DNA of 64,000 nt from Eledone cirrhosa (GCA_964016885.1 OZ024741.1:274102001-274166000); one strand, 5' to 3'; shown: positions 27,921 to 42,210, counted from the stretch's first letter. Program-made: numbers and translations. The notes: a model not told the origin generated them from the sequence alone.

Positions 27921-28159
27921 CTTTACAAAGTCGTGCAAGGTGCTATGCGATCTGGGAACGTAAAGGGTTGCCATTAAATAAAACCAATATTTTTCCAGAA
28001 GGTTCTAACGAGCCTGCCAATCTACTGCATTTATTAAGTCTTACAAACATTATCTTAATAGGAATAAATCATTTCAGAGGTTGGTGTTATTTAACTATAT
28101 TAGCAGAGATAGTTCAAGATCATTAACATTGCACTTTTGGCACACGGTGTATGTATGTA

Positions 28160-28237
<78 letters not shown>

Positions 28238-28247
28238 TGTATGTATG

Positions 28248-28279
<32 letters not shown>

Positions 28280-28551
28280 TATATCTATGTGTGTGTGTGT
28301 GTGTGTGTAGCAAGGTAGCATGTGTATTAGTGGGCCTGACGTTATTTAATCTAATGCCGAACCTGACGTTAGGGTTTCCTGCTTAAAAAAATGTCACAAG
28401 CCAGCCTTTAATTAACAAAATATATCACAAGGTCACCAAGGCGGTGCCGTGAAGTTAATGGGTTATCTGCTTTGATAAGGCCATCTTGCAAATCTTGTAC
28501 CTCCATGAAAAGGGAAGATCCTATCATGTAGATTAACCATATATTTATATA

Positions 28552-28596
<45 letters not shown>

Positions 28597-28657
28597 GTAT
28601 ATATATGTATGTATATATATATGTATATATATAAAATATGTATATATATATATATAT

Positions 28658-28859
28658 AGTGGAACCTCGGTTCACGAATGACTCACATCACGAACAATTT
28701 TACCGAAGATAACACGTCTCAGTTCTCGAACGGTGTCTCGAGTAACGAACACGCAAACCCGAAATAGTGCTTGGTGACAAGCTGGGAGTCTTGACGGAAA
28801 AGTGTCACTTGCTATGCAGTTAGTTACTATGATGGTATCTATCTCTCTTTCACACGCTG

Positions 28860-28860
<1 letters not shown>
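28658..28860. mobile_element. pogo/Tigger-type transposon end fragment
   Basis: TA-TAGTGGAACCTCGGTTCACGAA resembles a CAGTGGAACCTCG TIR; no partner TIR seen. Confidence 0.4.
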
Positions 28861-28955
<95 letters not shown>

Positions 28956-29030
28956 ATATATATATATATATATATAAAATAAAGTAATTAAGTCAAATAT
29001 TTAAGATTTGGTTTGGTTTATTAAAGATGT

Positions 29031-29085
29031 ACTGCTATATATATTTCGGTGATAGCCATCATTGGCTGTGACCTCTTCAGGCAGT
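29031..29085 (-). ncRNA. Type I hammerhead ribozyme (inverted copy)
   Basis: Reverse complement of 29221-29275; arms 28976-29103 / 29203-29331. Confidence 0.8.
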
Positions 29086-29220
29086 TCGAATTGGTGTGGT
29101 AGCGACAGGTATACATGTTAAAGTGTTTTACTCCGTCAATACTACGATATGTCCAGCTCCTGGTTGGGTTGTTATTTCTCTGAGGAACTGGAATCATATG
29201 TCTCTACCACACCAATTCGA

Positions 29221-29275
29221 ACTGCCTGAAGAGGTCACAGCCAATGATGGCTGTCACCGAAATATATATAGCAGT
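29221..29275 (+). ncRNA. Type I hammerhead ribozyme
   Basis: ACTGC-CTGAAGA-GGT.ACAGCCA-ATGA-TGGCTGT.ACC-GAAA-TATATA-TA-GCAGT. Confidence 0.85.
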
Positions 29276-30206
29276 ACATCTTTAATAAACGAAGTCAAAT
29301 CTTAAATATTTGACTTAATTACTTTATTTTACATTACTCCGGAGTAACCAAACCAACCTGCGTACTTCGTCGAGTGCTCCAATCTGCATACTGATGTGTG
29401 ACTAAACAACCAACATATACCCAAAATATAGTTATATATATAAGATTGGAAGTGAGTAAAATCGAAGTTGCGGCGTTCGACCAGCATGCACGAAAAGACA
29501 ATATTCGGAAGCTTTGCACAAAGTACTCAATAAGAAGATATCATTAAATCGACAAGTCACATCTCAGAGTAATAACATACGTTAAAAGGCGTGACAAATT
29601 GAAAACTGTGTTTAAGGGGACAAAGCCACAGAAGCCACCACAACAACGAAAATACAATCAGTTTATATATATATATATTAACAATATTAATAAATGGAAA
29701 ATATCTTTATAATACCATATTTATTTTATCATACGTACTTCAAGGACAGGATATTTTAGTGTGCTTTCATCAGATAACATATATTTGGTGTTAAGATATT
29801 GACATAACTTAGCGTAGACTTATATAAGTATAAGCTCGCTATACGGCAGTGAAGTAATATTTCAAAATAACAAGGGATATAAGTTAACAAGGAATCATTA
29901 AAACAGAAAAGGACCGTTATTATAGACGCTAGATACATTTTGAAAAATAGCGTGTTTACATTGGTCGTGTGGGTGGTTGTCGTTAGAGGGTGAAATATTG
30001 CTGTAGAATTATGCATACACACACACACTCACACACACATATACGCACACACACATATATATATATAGATATAGATATATACATGAGCGTTTTATTACTA
30101 TTGTTAATATTAATAATACTCCAGTTAAATTCTTGTAGAGTGCTACAAATCTGTAGTTAACTTTGTTGAATGATAATCAACAAACCTTATAACTCATTGT
30201 TTATAC

Positions 30207-30237
<31 letters not shown>

Positions 30238-30885
30238 TGATCGAGTATCGAAAAATCGGCGCACGAGTTCACGATAAACAAAATTCGAAATGAGCGGCAG
30301 AGGGCTCAATAATTCAGATGAATCAGAACTATAACTATCGTTAAAATACCGTCACACATAGAACAAGTCTAAAATCAACCGTACGATAAAAAAAATCGAT
30401 AATAGAAGATTCGGGACAATCAGATAAAAAATATCAATAAATCAATAAATCAATAATTTAAATGAATGTAAAATCATACCCGGACCCACTAGAAAGGTGT
30501 TAAATCTAGCTTCTTGGGTTTCTGTAAATCCTTAGACTGTACTCTATCAGCTCACATATAAATATATAAGACTTCTAGAATAAGCGGACTGGAAATTTAC
30601 TTCTTCAACAAATTTGTATATATATATATATATATACAAATTTTAGTACAGCATTAACGAAGCTTTAGTTCGCGGCCAAGCTAACGAATGCAAATTCGGT
30701 CTGTAGCTTTAGCACTCGGATGGGGAAAAGTACCCCAGAGTAATAACAATACGTTTAGACAGCTTAGCAAATCAAATATAGCGATCGGCAGTCCAGCCGC
30801 ATCACGAGAGCAACGAAAATACAGGACTCAGGAAAAATAAATATATATAGTAATAATAATAAATATATTATATATATATATATAG

Positions 30886-31077
30886 TAATAATTGTTTCTA
30901 CTTTAGGCACAAGGCCAGCAATTACCCAGTGCATTACTGGTACTTTACTTTATCGACCCCGTAAGGATGAAAGGCAAAGTCAACCTCGGCGGGATTTGAA
31001 CTCAGATCGTAAAGGGACGTAACTATGCTGGAAAGCATGGCGTCCGACCCTCTACTGATACTGCCAATCCACCGCCC
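30886..31077 (-). mobile_element. tRNA-derived SINE, full-length
   Basis: Reverse complement of the 24070-24262 family. Confidence 0.85.
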
Positions 31078-31135
31078 TTATATATAGTAATAATAATACA
31101 TTCTTTGCTTAAACTTTAATCTGTTATTTTAATAA

Positions 31136-31176
<41 letters not shown>

Positions 31177-31178
<2 letters not shown>

Positions 31179-31613
31179 AAGTAAGTCCAAAGAATCATTA
31201 GATAAAATATATACAGTATTTCCTCTCCCAATCAGTATAAATCAACCACATAAAAAATCATTTAAACGAGGCTATAAGTTTAAAATGTACTAAATAATAG
31301 ACAAATGATATAGCTCCTTTTCCGCGAAGTACAGCTACAAAATATTTACCTAATATTCCTACTAGCCTGTATAAATTGACTACACATATAGTGTAGTTAA
31401 TTATATGTGTAGTCAATTTCTACAGGCTAGTAGGAATATTAGGTAAATATTTTGTAGCTGTACTTCGCGGAAAAGGAGCTATATCATTTGTCTATTATTT
31501 AGTACATTTTAAACTTATAGCCTCGTTTAAATGATTTTTTATGTGGTTGATTTATACTGATTGGGAGAGGAAATACTGTATATATTTTATCTAATGATTC
31601 TTTGGACTTACTT
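31177..31613. repeat. Hairpin with ~213-bp arms (PLE 3'-end family shared with 42240-42830)
   Basis: 31177-31390 is the inverse of 31402-31613. Confidence 0.85.
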
Positions 31614-31876
31614 TTTTATATATTGCTCTTATTATTAAATCCCGCCGAGGTTAACTTTGCCTTTCATCCTTACGGGGTCGATAAAATAAAGTACCAGTAA
31701 TACAGTGGCTAATTGCTGGCCTTGTGCCTAACGTAGAAACAATTATTAATTATTTAGTTAATTCTTCATTGAGCCACACTGTGAATGGTTGCCAAAAAGA
31801 TATATATGTATCTATGACTTTGTCTAATTTTTATATATATATATACCCTTTAAATTTATATATATATATATATATA

Positions 31877-32049
31877 ACGAAGGAGTTGTGGTAAGGAACC
31901 AGATGGACCATAACGCACCAGAGTACTCAATACTTAGGGTAGTAGAGTAATAGGAAAATGTATGACCCCGACGGCAGAGCTCAAGCCGTTTCGACGGCTA
32001 TTTCTGGACGAAACGGCTCGAGCTCTGCCGTCGGGGTCATGCATTTTCT

Positions 32050-32050
<1 letters not shown>
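31877..32050 (-). mobile_element. PLE-type 3' end with half-hammerhead and inversion
   Basis: GAAA-CGGC-loop-GCCG-TC-GGGGTC (stem III plus GUC); family also at 2580-2680, 40813-40985, 44770-44830 and 47176-47375. Confidence 0.6.
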
Positions 32051-32096
<46 letters not shown>

Positions 32097-33074
32097 AGAT
32101 CATACGCAGTTAGCTCGAATTCATAGCTTCATTTATGAATGTTCGAGTTAGACTCGCTCAAATGGCTGTAGAACATAATGATAAAGTACGCAAGCTACAA
32201 AATTAATTAAAAAACACAAAACAGAAATATGTTAACGAAAGATTTAAAATGTGGGCTGTTGCTGTTTCGCTGCTCATAATTGTGTCTCTGTGAAACTCAG
32301 CACAGCCTTTTAAGACAGGCAAATTATTGATGCTGTATCTATTTCAGAATGTTATATGTTCATTATACTTGTTTGGGCTGAGTTGAATAAATGGCGCCCT
32401 TAGGATGTTTTTGAAGTGGTTTTATTGGGTGTTGGCTGAACAGTTGATAGGCTGACTATGAAGGAGTGATGCCAGATCTGTGAAATCTTGCATGCATTAA
32501 TTTCAACTCTTTTTATTAATAAATATCTGCATTGTTTCCTTCCAGGAACTATGTTAAGAAAAAAGCTCATACAAAATAATCGACAGGCTAGATCCCAGTA
32601 AAGTAATTTAAAACAATAAAATTTCAAAGTGGTTGTTAAGTGACCATTGAGTTGTTTTAAAAGTGAGTTTGCTTGGAGCAAGTCTGAAAACGCGGAACAA
32701 ACCCAAGGTTTTGTCCAATTTCCAATGTAGGAACTCATCTCATATTGACTTGGAAACAAGAAATACTCAAATGAATGTTGTGGTTCTGATAATTCTCACT
32801 GAGAGCGTCATGGCATTTATAGGTAGTGAAGAGATCATAAGATCTAAACACAATGGGGATTTCTTTTAGGGATAATGGAACTTATTGCACAATTTGATTC
32901 ATTCTGGCAACCTTGGATTATTTATCACCAATAAATAATCTGTGAAGAAGAAATTGTTCTGTTGATAGTCAAATATGTTAGGAATCATACGCGGCATAAA
33001 ATAAAACTTCTAAGTACCAGATTTGGTAGCATATAAGTCCCATTCCTCGCCAAATAGGCTAAAAAATTTAACAT

Positions 33075-33265
33075 GTGTCTTCTCACGAGCTGGAATGGCT
33101 CTTCCAGCGCGCCTCCCTCCCCATCCTCCATGGAAACGCCTTCTCTATTCTGTCGGCCAGGGCCACGGGGTGGCCAGCGTGTGGACTACCATATGCTCAT
33201 AACAGTGTGAGCAGGAGAGACGGAGGCGGTAATGGTGGGAATTTGGTTCCTTTGTGTTCGGAGCT
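33075..33265 (+). pseudogene. Second CRE-like RLE retrotransposon 3' fragment
   Basis: HELEWLFQRASLPILHGNAFSILS; homologous to 6470-6839. Confidence 0.65.
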
Positions 33266-33640
33266 GGTGTATATGTATATGTTTTACAGACACATACCTC
33301 CCTAGTATTGGTGACCCACTTGATAAATATTCACCTAGTAATACTCACCTAGTACACTCCGGTATCTGGTAGGATAATGATTTTTCTAAATATTCTCTGT
33401 TGAAATGGGAAGGTTGTCGTATATGACAGCGGGTACTATATGCCACCAGTCGGTGATGGAAGTCTCTCATTTTACAGAGACGGTGGCCTGTGGCGGCGCC
33501 ATACCTTCTTAGCCTACTTAGCCATTAGTTACCTCTTCAATCATATGATCTGTGAATCAGCCAACCGTATACCCCGCACACACACACACATAACTCATCA
33601 TAATTTCACTGTCTTATCTCTCTATTAAGTCCTCCGCCAT

Positions 33641-33700
<60 letters not shown>

Positions 33701-34066
33701 CACTACTACTACTACTATTACTCCATTATATGTACGTGGAATTTTGTTATATTTATACAATTAGTTCTTTCACCGTTTTCCAATGTTTCCGCCCACCGCC
33801 CGCCACCCACCACACGTCACCCGTCATCCACCACTCACCTCCCACCACCTGTCACCCATCACCCACCACTCGTCACCCGTCACCCGTCACCCATTCGCCG
33901 CCACCCTCACCCGCCACCCTCACTCACCACCTCCCAGTCGACTCCCCCATACAGCCAATGCTCTCTACCAGCAGACTGATGTCTACATACCTTAGTGTAT
34001 GGGTGGTGGATGGAACGGTTGAGAGGTAAAGAGAGAGGGAGAGATATGCAGGTAAATAGATAGATA

Positions 34067-37000
34067 TGTTTCTTTATTAGCCACAGGGGCACAAAAGAAG
34101 GGGACAAATACAAAGGGGGAAGTTTACATACAATAAAAACGTGTAAAATATTATCACAAATGCAATTTAAAAATTAGTCGATTTTCCCCAATAGGGGGAG
34201 ATATTACATATGGGTAACACATACCCCCGAAAAAGAATGTGCAACCCTCATCTCCAGGAGTACGAAGAGTTTGTACCCCTTTCCTCTCCTCCTCATTTTC
34301 CTCAACCTACAGGCTGATATAGAGAGAAGGCCCATTTACTCGGGCCATTCTCGCCACTTTCACCCACCTTTCATAAAACTTGCTGGGGTACAGCACCTCT
34401 CTCTCCATCCTGAATCTTCTTCTAAAGTGGTATTTGAAAAAAAGAATCAGTTGTCGGCCGGAGAAAAAGGTGTCTGACCTCAGCCCTTTCAACCTTGTCC
34501 ACCATACAACCTCTTTCGCCATAGCTATCACACAAAGGAAAAACGCCTCTCCTTCGTTTTTGAAGGAGGGTGGCGGTTTGATCATGACAATGGACTCGGT
34601 GGTCAACCGGATTGGTCCCACCCGCGACAATAGTCGTTCTACATAGCCACACAGGTCGGTAACGCCCGGGCAGTATATGAATGCGTGCGATACGGTTTCT
34701 TCGTCTAGCACGCACCTCGGACAGATCTTTTTTGCTGGGTCCCTGCCCGGACGCCCATGTCTGTAGAGCTTGTCTCGAACTGGTAGAGCTCCTCGGTAGC
34801 AATGCCAGGTCAGGGACTTTTGGAAGTTGTCCATCGGTCCCGGGCGGAAGGTCCTACCGAACAGACTGGCCAGTTCGACTTCCTCTATGGCTAGAGTTTC
34901 ACCGAGCGCGTCGTCGCACTTGCTGCGGATCAACCCGCTATAGAATGACGAAGTGGAGTCTCCACTGATCGCCGGGTCCGTCTGTCAGAGATCTGTGAGC
35001 GCCTGAGCACATTCCTCGGTCTTTGCTTGACCCAGGACTGCAGCTCGGTCAGCGAGACGAGTCGTGGGAAGTCTCGCCTCACGAACGGGGCCCACACCGG
35101 TTGTCCGGTGAGGAATACGTAGAGATGCCGCAGCCTGAGCGCGTGTTTGCGCATCGTCAGCCACGGCATCCTCAGCCCTCCGTTGGAAGGGTGTTGGCAG
35201 CAGATGGATCTTTTCACCAAAGGAGCCCGCCTCTTCCAAAGGAATTGGAAGAGCGCGCGCTCCATTTTGGTGAGCGTTTTGGCTGGACAAGGCCCGACGG
35301 TCAAGCGGTAGTAGATGGCGGACGCTATAAAAGTGTTCGCCACCTCCGCTCGACCTTTCAAGGAGAGTTTGCACTAGGCCCACACTTCTGGGTGAGTGCA
35401 AACACCTTGGCCGTCAGCTCGTTCCAGTTCTTCTCCACCTGGAGGTCCGGACCAAACCAGACCCCGAGCAGCTTTACCCGTCCTTCCGTCCAGCGTCCGA
35501 CGACGACATCGGAAAGCATCGGCTTGCATCTCCACGATCCGAGTTGCAAACCGATGGACTTGTTCCGGTTCAGATTCGCTCCTGTAAACCTTTCGTATTC
35601 ATTCAGTAAGGTGCCGACTTCCTCGATTTGCGAGGCGCTCGACACCATTACTGTCACGTCGTCGACGTAGGCCGACGCCGCTTTCCGCAGTCCCGGTTCC
35701 AGAGGGATGCCCTGCAATAGCTCCAACTTCCGCAGTAGTGGCTCGAGAGACAGTACGTACAGAAGGGAGGAGAGAGGGCATCCCTGTCGAATGGATCGCG
35801 TGATATGGAACGGCTCCGAGAGGTAGCCGTTCACCTTGACCCTTGAGCAGATGTTGCTGTTGTGCATTGCAGCAATCCAGCCCCTGAAAACGGGTCCGAA
35901 GCCTGCCGCCTCGAGCACCGCATCCAGGTAACGATGGTCAACCCTATCGAAAGCCTTAGACTGATCCAAGTTGGTCAGGGCCCCACCGAAGCCGGGTTTA
36001 CACCCTACCCTCTCTATGATGTACCGCATGAGGTGGAGGTTGTCGTGTATGGACCTGGTCGGGATTGCGCATGTCTGCGATTCTCCCACCAAGTTCTCGA
36101 CGAAAAGCGCCAGCCTCTTTGCCAACACCTTGGCCAAAATCTGTAACTCTGTGTTTAGTAGAGTTATGGGCCGGAAGTTGCCTATGTCATCCCCCCTTAT
36201 TCTCGCCCTTCCTGACTAGTGTGACTACGCCCCCGGTCACAGAACTGGGAATTCTCGCGTTCTGTTGCTAGTTGCAGTAGACTGTTTCCAGGAGACCGGA
36301 GAATAAGTCCGGCATTGCTACATAAAATTCGTAGGGTAGACCGTCGAGACCTGGAGATTTGTGTTTGCCGCATTGGCTCAGCGCGTCCCCTATCTCAGCG
36401 GCTGAAATCGGCTTTTCGCAGAACTTCGCCTCGCTGTCCGAGAGTCGCGGTAGGCCGTCGAGGTATGGACCGAAATCCATAGCCCCTCCCGGCGCGCCGC
36501 CCTGCCCGAACAGTTGAGCAAAGTGCCGCTGAAAAGCCGCACACATCTGCTTCGGCTCACGTATCACGCGTCCGTCTTGATCCTTCAAAGATCGAATCGT
36601 GGACTTGTTGCCACTTTTTGCCTCCGTCACTCGGGCCCAGCTAACAGCTTTGGCTCCCTCGTTTCCCAGAGCACGTATTTTGCTTCTGACAACGCAGCCC
36701 TCGTGCTTTGCGGCGAAGAACTGGTCCAAGGCCGTACTCGTTGCTAGCACGCTGGCTACGTTGCCACTTCTAATTACCTCTTCTACTTTATCTACCAGTT
36801 CCTTCTCGGTTCTATTTCTATCTAACGCTAATTCTTTACTAAAAACTAACGAGTCTAATCTAACTGCTCTCTTGAGAGAGTACCACCATCTGTTGTTGAC
36901 AATGGCCCCTGTCAAGTGCTGTTTAACTAAAGTGCTAATCCGTCTACAGTAGGCTTTGCATGTCGGTAATGACAAGTTCAGCTTCCAGTAGCCGGGTCTT

Positions 37001-37201
37001 AGTCTATGGGTTCTATCAAGGATGACCATGCAGGTCACTAGTTTGTGATCTGAATAGGCAACCATGAATATTTGTGGACAGTTTAACATGTCCATATCCT
37101 TATTTCTAACTAGAACCCTATCTAGGTACGATCTAGATGTTCCGCTAAGATTAGTCCACATCCGCAGTGGCACAGTCGGAAAATCTAGTCGATATCTATC
37201 G
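34067..37201 (-). mobile_element. 5'-truncated Tx1-like (L1 group) LINE with 19-bp TSD
   Basis: TSD GCAGGTAAATAGATAGATA at 34048-34066 and 37202-37220; AATAAA near the 3' end. Confidence 0.85.
34307..37190 (-). pseudogene. Tx1-like ORF2 (APE C-terminus, RT, CCHC zinc knuckle), frameshifted
   Basis: SYLDRVLV..SDHKLV..GYWKLN; KSPGLDGLPYEFY; RPITLLN; DQSKAFDRVDH; RQGCPLS; AYVDD; CPRC..ETVSHAFIYC. Confidence 0.9.
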
Positions 37202-37209
37202 GCAGGTAA

Positions 37210-37286
<77 letters not shown>

Positions 37287-37581
37287 GAGAGTGAGAAATA
37301 GAGATAGAGAAAAAGTGTGAGGAAGAGCGGTACAGATAGATATACTGATATATATATATATATATTTCGTTTCTGAATTTGTTTAGAAAGATTCTTTATC
37401 TGAAAACGTGTGTTGAAACCGAAATTGTTATGCTTTGGGAGGGTCAATTTTCCAATAAGAAACACACGCACCAGTTTCTTTCACTCCAATTTATTATAAA
37501 TTAAATTTATAAATTTAAGAATTTATAAATTTCCGGTTGGTTGGTTGGTTGGTTCCATAACCGGACGGTTGTTCATATATT

Positions 37582-37624
37582 GTCAAAGTTCTTTCGTCAC
37601 ACATTCTGTGACCTCTTCAGTGAC
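37582..37624 (-). ncRNA. Minimal hammerhead ribozyme
   Basis: Minus: GTCA-CTGAAGA-G-GTCACA-GAATG-TGTGAC-GAAA-GAAC-TT-TGAC. Confidence 0.65.
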
Positions 37625-37695
37625 TGGGGATTCTTTTCTTTGTTTTTGTGTCTCTCCTTTGTTCCGTCCTACGCCATCTTGTTTTTGTGTGTTTT

Positions 37696-37764
<69 letters not shown>

Positions 37765-37880
37765 TACCAGCTTAAGGATCTATACTGCCCCTTCCTATTC
37801 TTAGTATTGGTCAACCTCAACCTAGTTATAAAACGTTACTTATTCATATGTATGTGTTTTTTTTGTATTCTTCAATAAAC

Positions 37881-38029
37881 AAAACTCATTATTTCTGAAG
37901 ACGGCGGGTAGTGAAGACGTTTGCATATTTTCTTCCTATGATATTTTGTAATGTAATTTGCATAGATCAATAATTGAACATACATACGGGGAACTACGCC
38001 CCAGAAACGATCGTAAAATAATGGGTTTT
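37881..38029 (+). ncRNA. Type I hammerhead ribozyme with ~100-nt stem II insertion
   Basis: 14-bp stem I AAAACTCATTATTT/AAATAATGGGTTTT; CTGAAGA; GAAA-CGATCG-TA. Confidence 0.75.
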
Positions 38030-38090
38030 ACTCTGAGTTAACCGTTTTTTGTTTGATTTCATTGTTTTAATATTTCTATATGTGTGTATG

Positions 38091-38170
<80 letters not shown>

Positions 38171-38175
<5 letters not shown>

Positions 38176-39440
38176 ATATTAAATAAATGGAAACTATATT
38201 TATAAAACCATATTTATTTTATTATATATATTTCAAGGGCAACAAGACAACATTGGTACGATCGGTTGGAAATTCACTGGATAGTGGAAATATATTAGGG
38301 ATTATTCAAACTTATGTGTGAATATGCAAAAGAATATGTAAATAATTGAAAAACAACCGTTTATTTAAAGGACACTTGAGAAAGAGAGAGAAAAAAAAGA
38401 GAGAGAAAAAATAAAAATATTACGAGAGATAGAGAGAAATTAACAAGAGGATGAATAGAACTCATGTAACGTTAATTTGGGGGAATATATTTTAAGTATA
38501 TATCTACTAATGTTACCTGTATTTACGATTAATTAGTTGTTAAAATTCTTTTGTAATATAATATTTACTGTTATAAGTAGATAGAAAAATGAATAGATAG
38601 AAAAATAGATAGAAAAATAGATAGATAGAAAAATAGATAGTAAAATAAATAGAAAAATAAATCAATAAATAGATAAATAGATAAATAAATGGATAGATGG
38701 GTATATCGTTAAATTAATTTAACTGAGTTAATAGGAATATTTATATTTATATATTTTAAAATGGGAAGATACGGAAAAAATTCCAGTTTTGTTTATTTAT
38801 TCGTTAGTATGAGACTATTTTATCAAAATAAGTATAAATGTTAAAGAGTTACATGTTGAAAGATATATTTAGCCTCAATTAGTTAGTGGTTATAAATCTA
38901 ATGAAAGATATTAAAAAATGTTATTAAAAAATATTCAAAATTCGGGAACATTTTAAAAAAAATAATTTATAAAAGATAAGTAATTTTTTAAAAAATAAGT
39001 AATTTTTAAAAAATAAGTAATTTAAAAAAATATATAAACAATTTAAGAAATAAAAAATAAAAATAAAGAATTAAAAAATATTAAAATTAAAATTAAAATT
39101 AAAAATTAAAATTTAAAAATTAGGAACATATATGTATATATTTTAAGAAACTTTAATAATATAGATATGATTTAGAGATATCAATATATTAAAACAGAGT
39201 GGATAAGATTGTTATGGAAATAAGTAGAAATATTTATAAGTGTAATTATAATTTATATATAGTTCTAAACGTTGAATTCAGACGATGTCTACAAGAACTA
39301 AATAAATTCGTCTTTACATTAATAGAGTTCTTACATTTAAGTATGAAGAAAATTTCCTCAACACACAATTTGCAAAATGTAGGTAAAGCTGTGTTTCGAT
39401 ACCCGGACAGACCCAAATTCTGTTCCGCAAGAATTACCAA
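38171..39440 (-). mobile_element. Penelope-like element: GIY-YIG C-terminus (39246-39440), AT-rich 3' UTR, 3' end of the 10411/10921 family
   Basis: ORF ..FCKLCVEEIFFILKCKNSINVKTNLFSSCRHRLNSTF; 38171-38260 homologous to 10503-10592. Confidence 0.75.
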
Positions 39441-39698
39441 GTGAAAGCTAGAACTCTTGTGCTCATCTGCGGGTATCCAGGAAAATTCGTACCTTTCACT
39501 TCAAAGGATCTAAGGAGACTGAGAGGTATGCTGTTATTATAAACGCACATGTCGCAGCGCCTAGCGCGTCTCATACTCATGCCGCTAAAAATAGCAGCTG
39601 GGTTTATGAGACTTACTATATCTACAAAACCAAATTGTAAAATTGATATAAAATTAAATTGTTTAGAACTACAAGTGAAGTCATTCTTTTCCTTTGTT

Positions 39699-39739
<41 letters not shown>

Positions 39740-39827
39740 ACAGTCATATCACCTACTCTACTACCCTAAGTATCGAGTGGTCTAGTGAGTAATGGTCTAG
39801 CTAGTTTTACCCCCTCCAGTCTGATAT

Positions 39828-39885
<58 letters not shown>

Positions 39886-40018
39886 GCAAGAAGTAAAGAA
39901 AATTTCAAAGATACGAAAGATTTCCTGGTGGAAGTTCAGGTGTATTCCGGGTATCCAGTTTCGAGGTGATAGTCCAATCAGAAAATCCAACGAATTTTGA
40001 GAGATCCACGTAAGCGTT

Positions 40019-40171
<153 letters not shown>

Positions 40172-40295
40172 GTATGTATAGATACATACATACATATATA
40201 TATATATATGTATGTATGTATCTAATAGGTAAACAGAAATAACAACACAATCGGTACAGTATACTAGGTTAATGCTTGTTATAGCAGGAAGAGGG

Positions 40296-40332
40296 TCTTA
40301 ACATTTCGGAGGGCTAGTCCTTCATCAGAAGA
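40296..40332 (-). ncRNA. Minimal hammerhead ribozyme
   Basis: Minus: TCTT-CTGATGA-AGG..CCTCC-GAAA-TGTT-AAGA; inverted partial copy at 40401-40495 has palindromic GAAACGTT. Confidence 0.6.
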
Positions 40333-40496
40333 AAGAATGAGAAATAAAATAGATTGAGAGGACGGGCGGGATGGAATTGGAAAAAATTATTCTGAATAGG
40401 TCCGAAACGTTAAGACCCTCTTCCTGCTATATCAAGCGTTAACCTAATATATACCTGTACCGATATATACTGGACCGATTGTGTTGTTATTTCTGT

Positions 40497-40588
<92 letters not shown>

Positions 40589-40660
40589 TATATGCATATA
40601 TATATATATATACATATATATACATATATATACATATATATATATATATGTATGTATATA

Positions 40661-40699
<39 letters not shown>

Positions 40700-40748
40700 A
40701 TATATATATATATGTATATATATGTATATATATGTATATATATGTATA

Positions 40749-40815
<67 letters not shown>

Positions 40816-41099
40816 CGAAGGAAATGTGGTAAGGAACCAGGTGGACCATAACGCACCAAAGTACTCAATACTTAGGGTAGTAGAGTGGGTAATAGGAACA
40901 AGTAAGACCCCGACGGCTGAGCTCAAGCAGTTTTGACGGCTAATTCTGGACAGAATTAGCCGTCGGGGTCTTACTTGTTCCTATATATATATATATATAA
41001 ATTGAGTACCTTACTTACTGTGGTTACCCCCGATCTAACCCGGGATAAACTTGTCGGAATGGTGAACTAACTGTTGCGGAACTACAACTACTACTACTT

Positions 41100-41164
<65 letters not shown>

Positions 41165-42149
41165 GCTGCTACTACTACTACTACTCTATATGTGTGTGTG
41201 TATAGAAATATACTGATAAGATGTTATGTTGAGTGTCTGCACACGCAGCGGTTAGAATAAGGCGAACTCACCCCCGTCTCTCTCTTTCTCTCTTTCTCTC
41301 ATCCCCTTCTCGCACTCACTCTCCCACCCTATTCTCTCTCTCTATCTCTCACATTCCTTTCCTTCTATCTCTTTCTCTCTCTCTTTCTACCCCTCTCTCT
41401 ACCACTCACATCCTAACTTTCTCATCCCTTTCTCTCTCCCTCTTTCTCCCTCTCGTTCTCCTCCTCCTCTCTCTCCTTCCTTTGCTCCCCACCACTCTCT
41501 CTCATCCCTCTCTCTTTCTCACGCTCTCTCTCTCCCTCTTTCTCCCCTATTCACTCATTTCTCTCTCTCTTTCACTCTCTCTCTCCTTCCCTCTATCCCT
41601 CACTCTCTCTCCCTCTCTCATCCCCTCTCTCTCTCTTCTTTCCTCTCCCCCTTCTCTTTCATTCTCTCTCTCCCTTCCTCAACCTCCCACTTCTCTCTCA
41701 CTTTGTCTCTCAGCCTCTCTCTCTCTCTCTCTCTCTCTCTCCACTTTAAAAGTATAACGTCGGAGTCGAAACGCCAACGACTGGCTCCAGACCAACCACT
41801 TGACAATATCTTCGTCTAAGGAGATCCACTTTGTTGGGGCTGAGGTTACCGAGGGCAAGTCATAATTATGATACTTAGCTTATGATTGATATTTCTAGAA
41901 TAATGTAACATCTGGTGCTAGAGATATGGGATATGTTCCAGATGTGAGGCACACATATATATATATATATAAGCAGAAGGGATATTCAATTTGTGGGTAA
42001 TTCAATAAATATAAATGTTTATAACTGATTCAGAGCACTTGACAGGTTTTTCTGGAGTATAATATACAATGATATTAAATAAATGGAGGGATAACTTGAA
42101 CCGTTAAGGTATATTCTCCTCGGTTATGTCAACATTTATAAAACACACG

Positions 42150-42210
42150 TATTTTATCTGATGATAGCGTACCAAAATGTTGGTACCCTTGAAATATATA
42201 TAATAGAATA
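42150..42210 (+). ncRNA. Type I hammerhead ribozyme
   Basis: TATTTTAT-CTGATGA-..GTACCAA/TTGGTAC..-GAAA-TATATA-TA-ATAGAATA. Confidence 0.7.
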
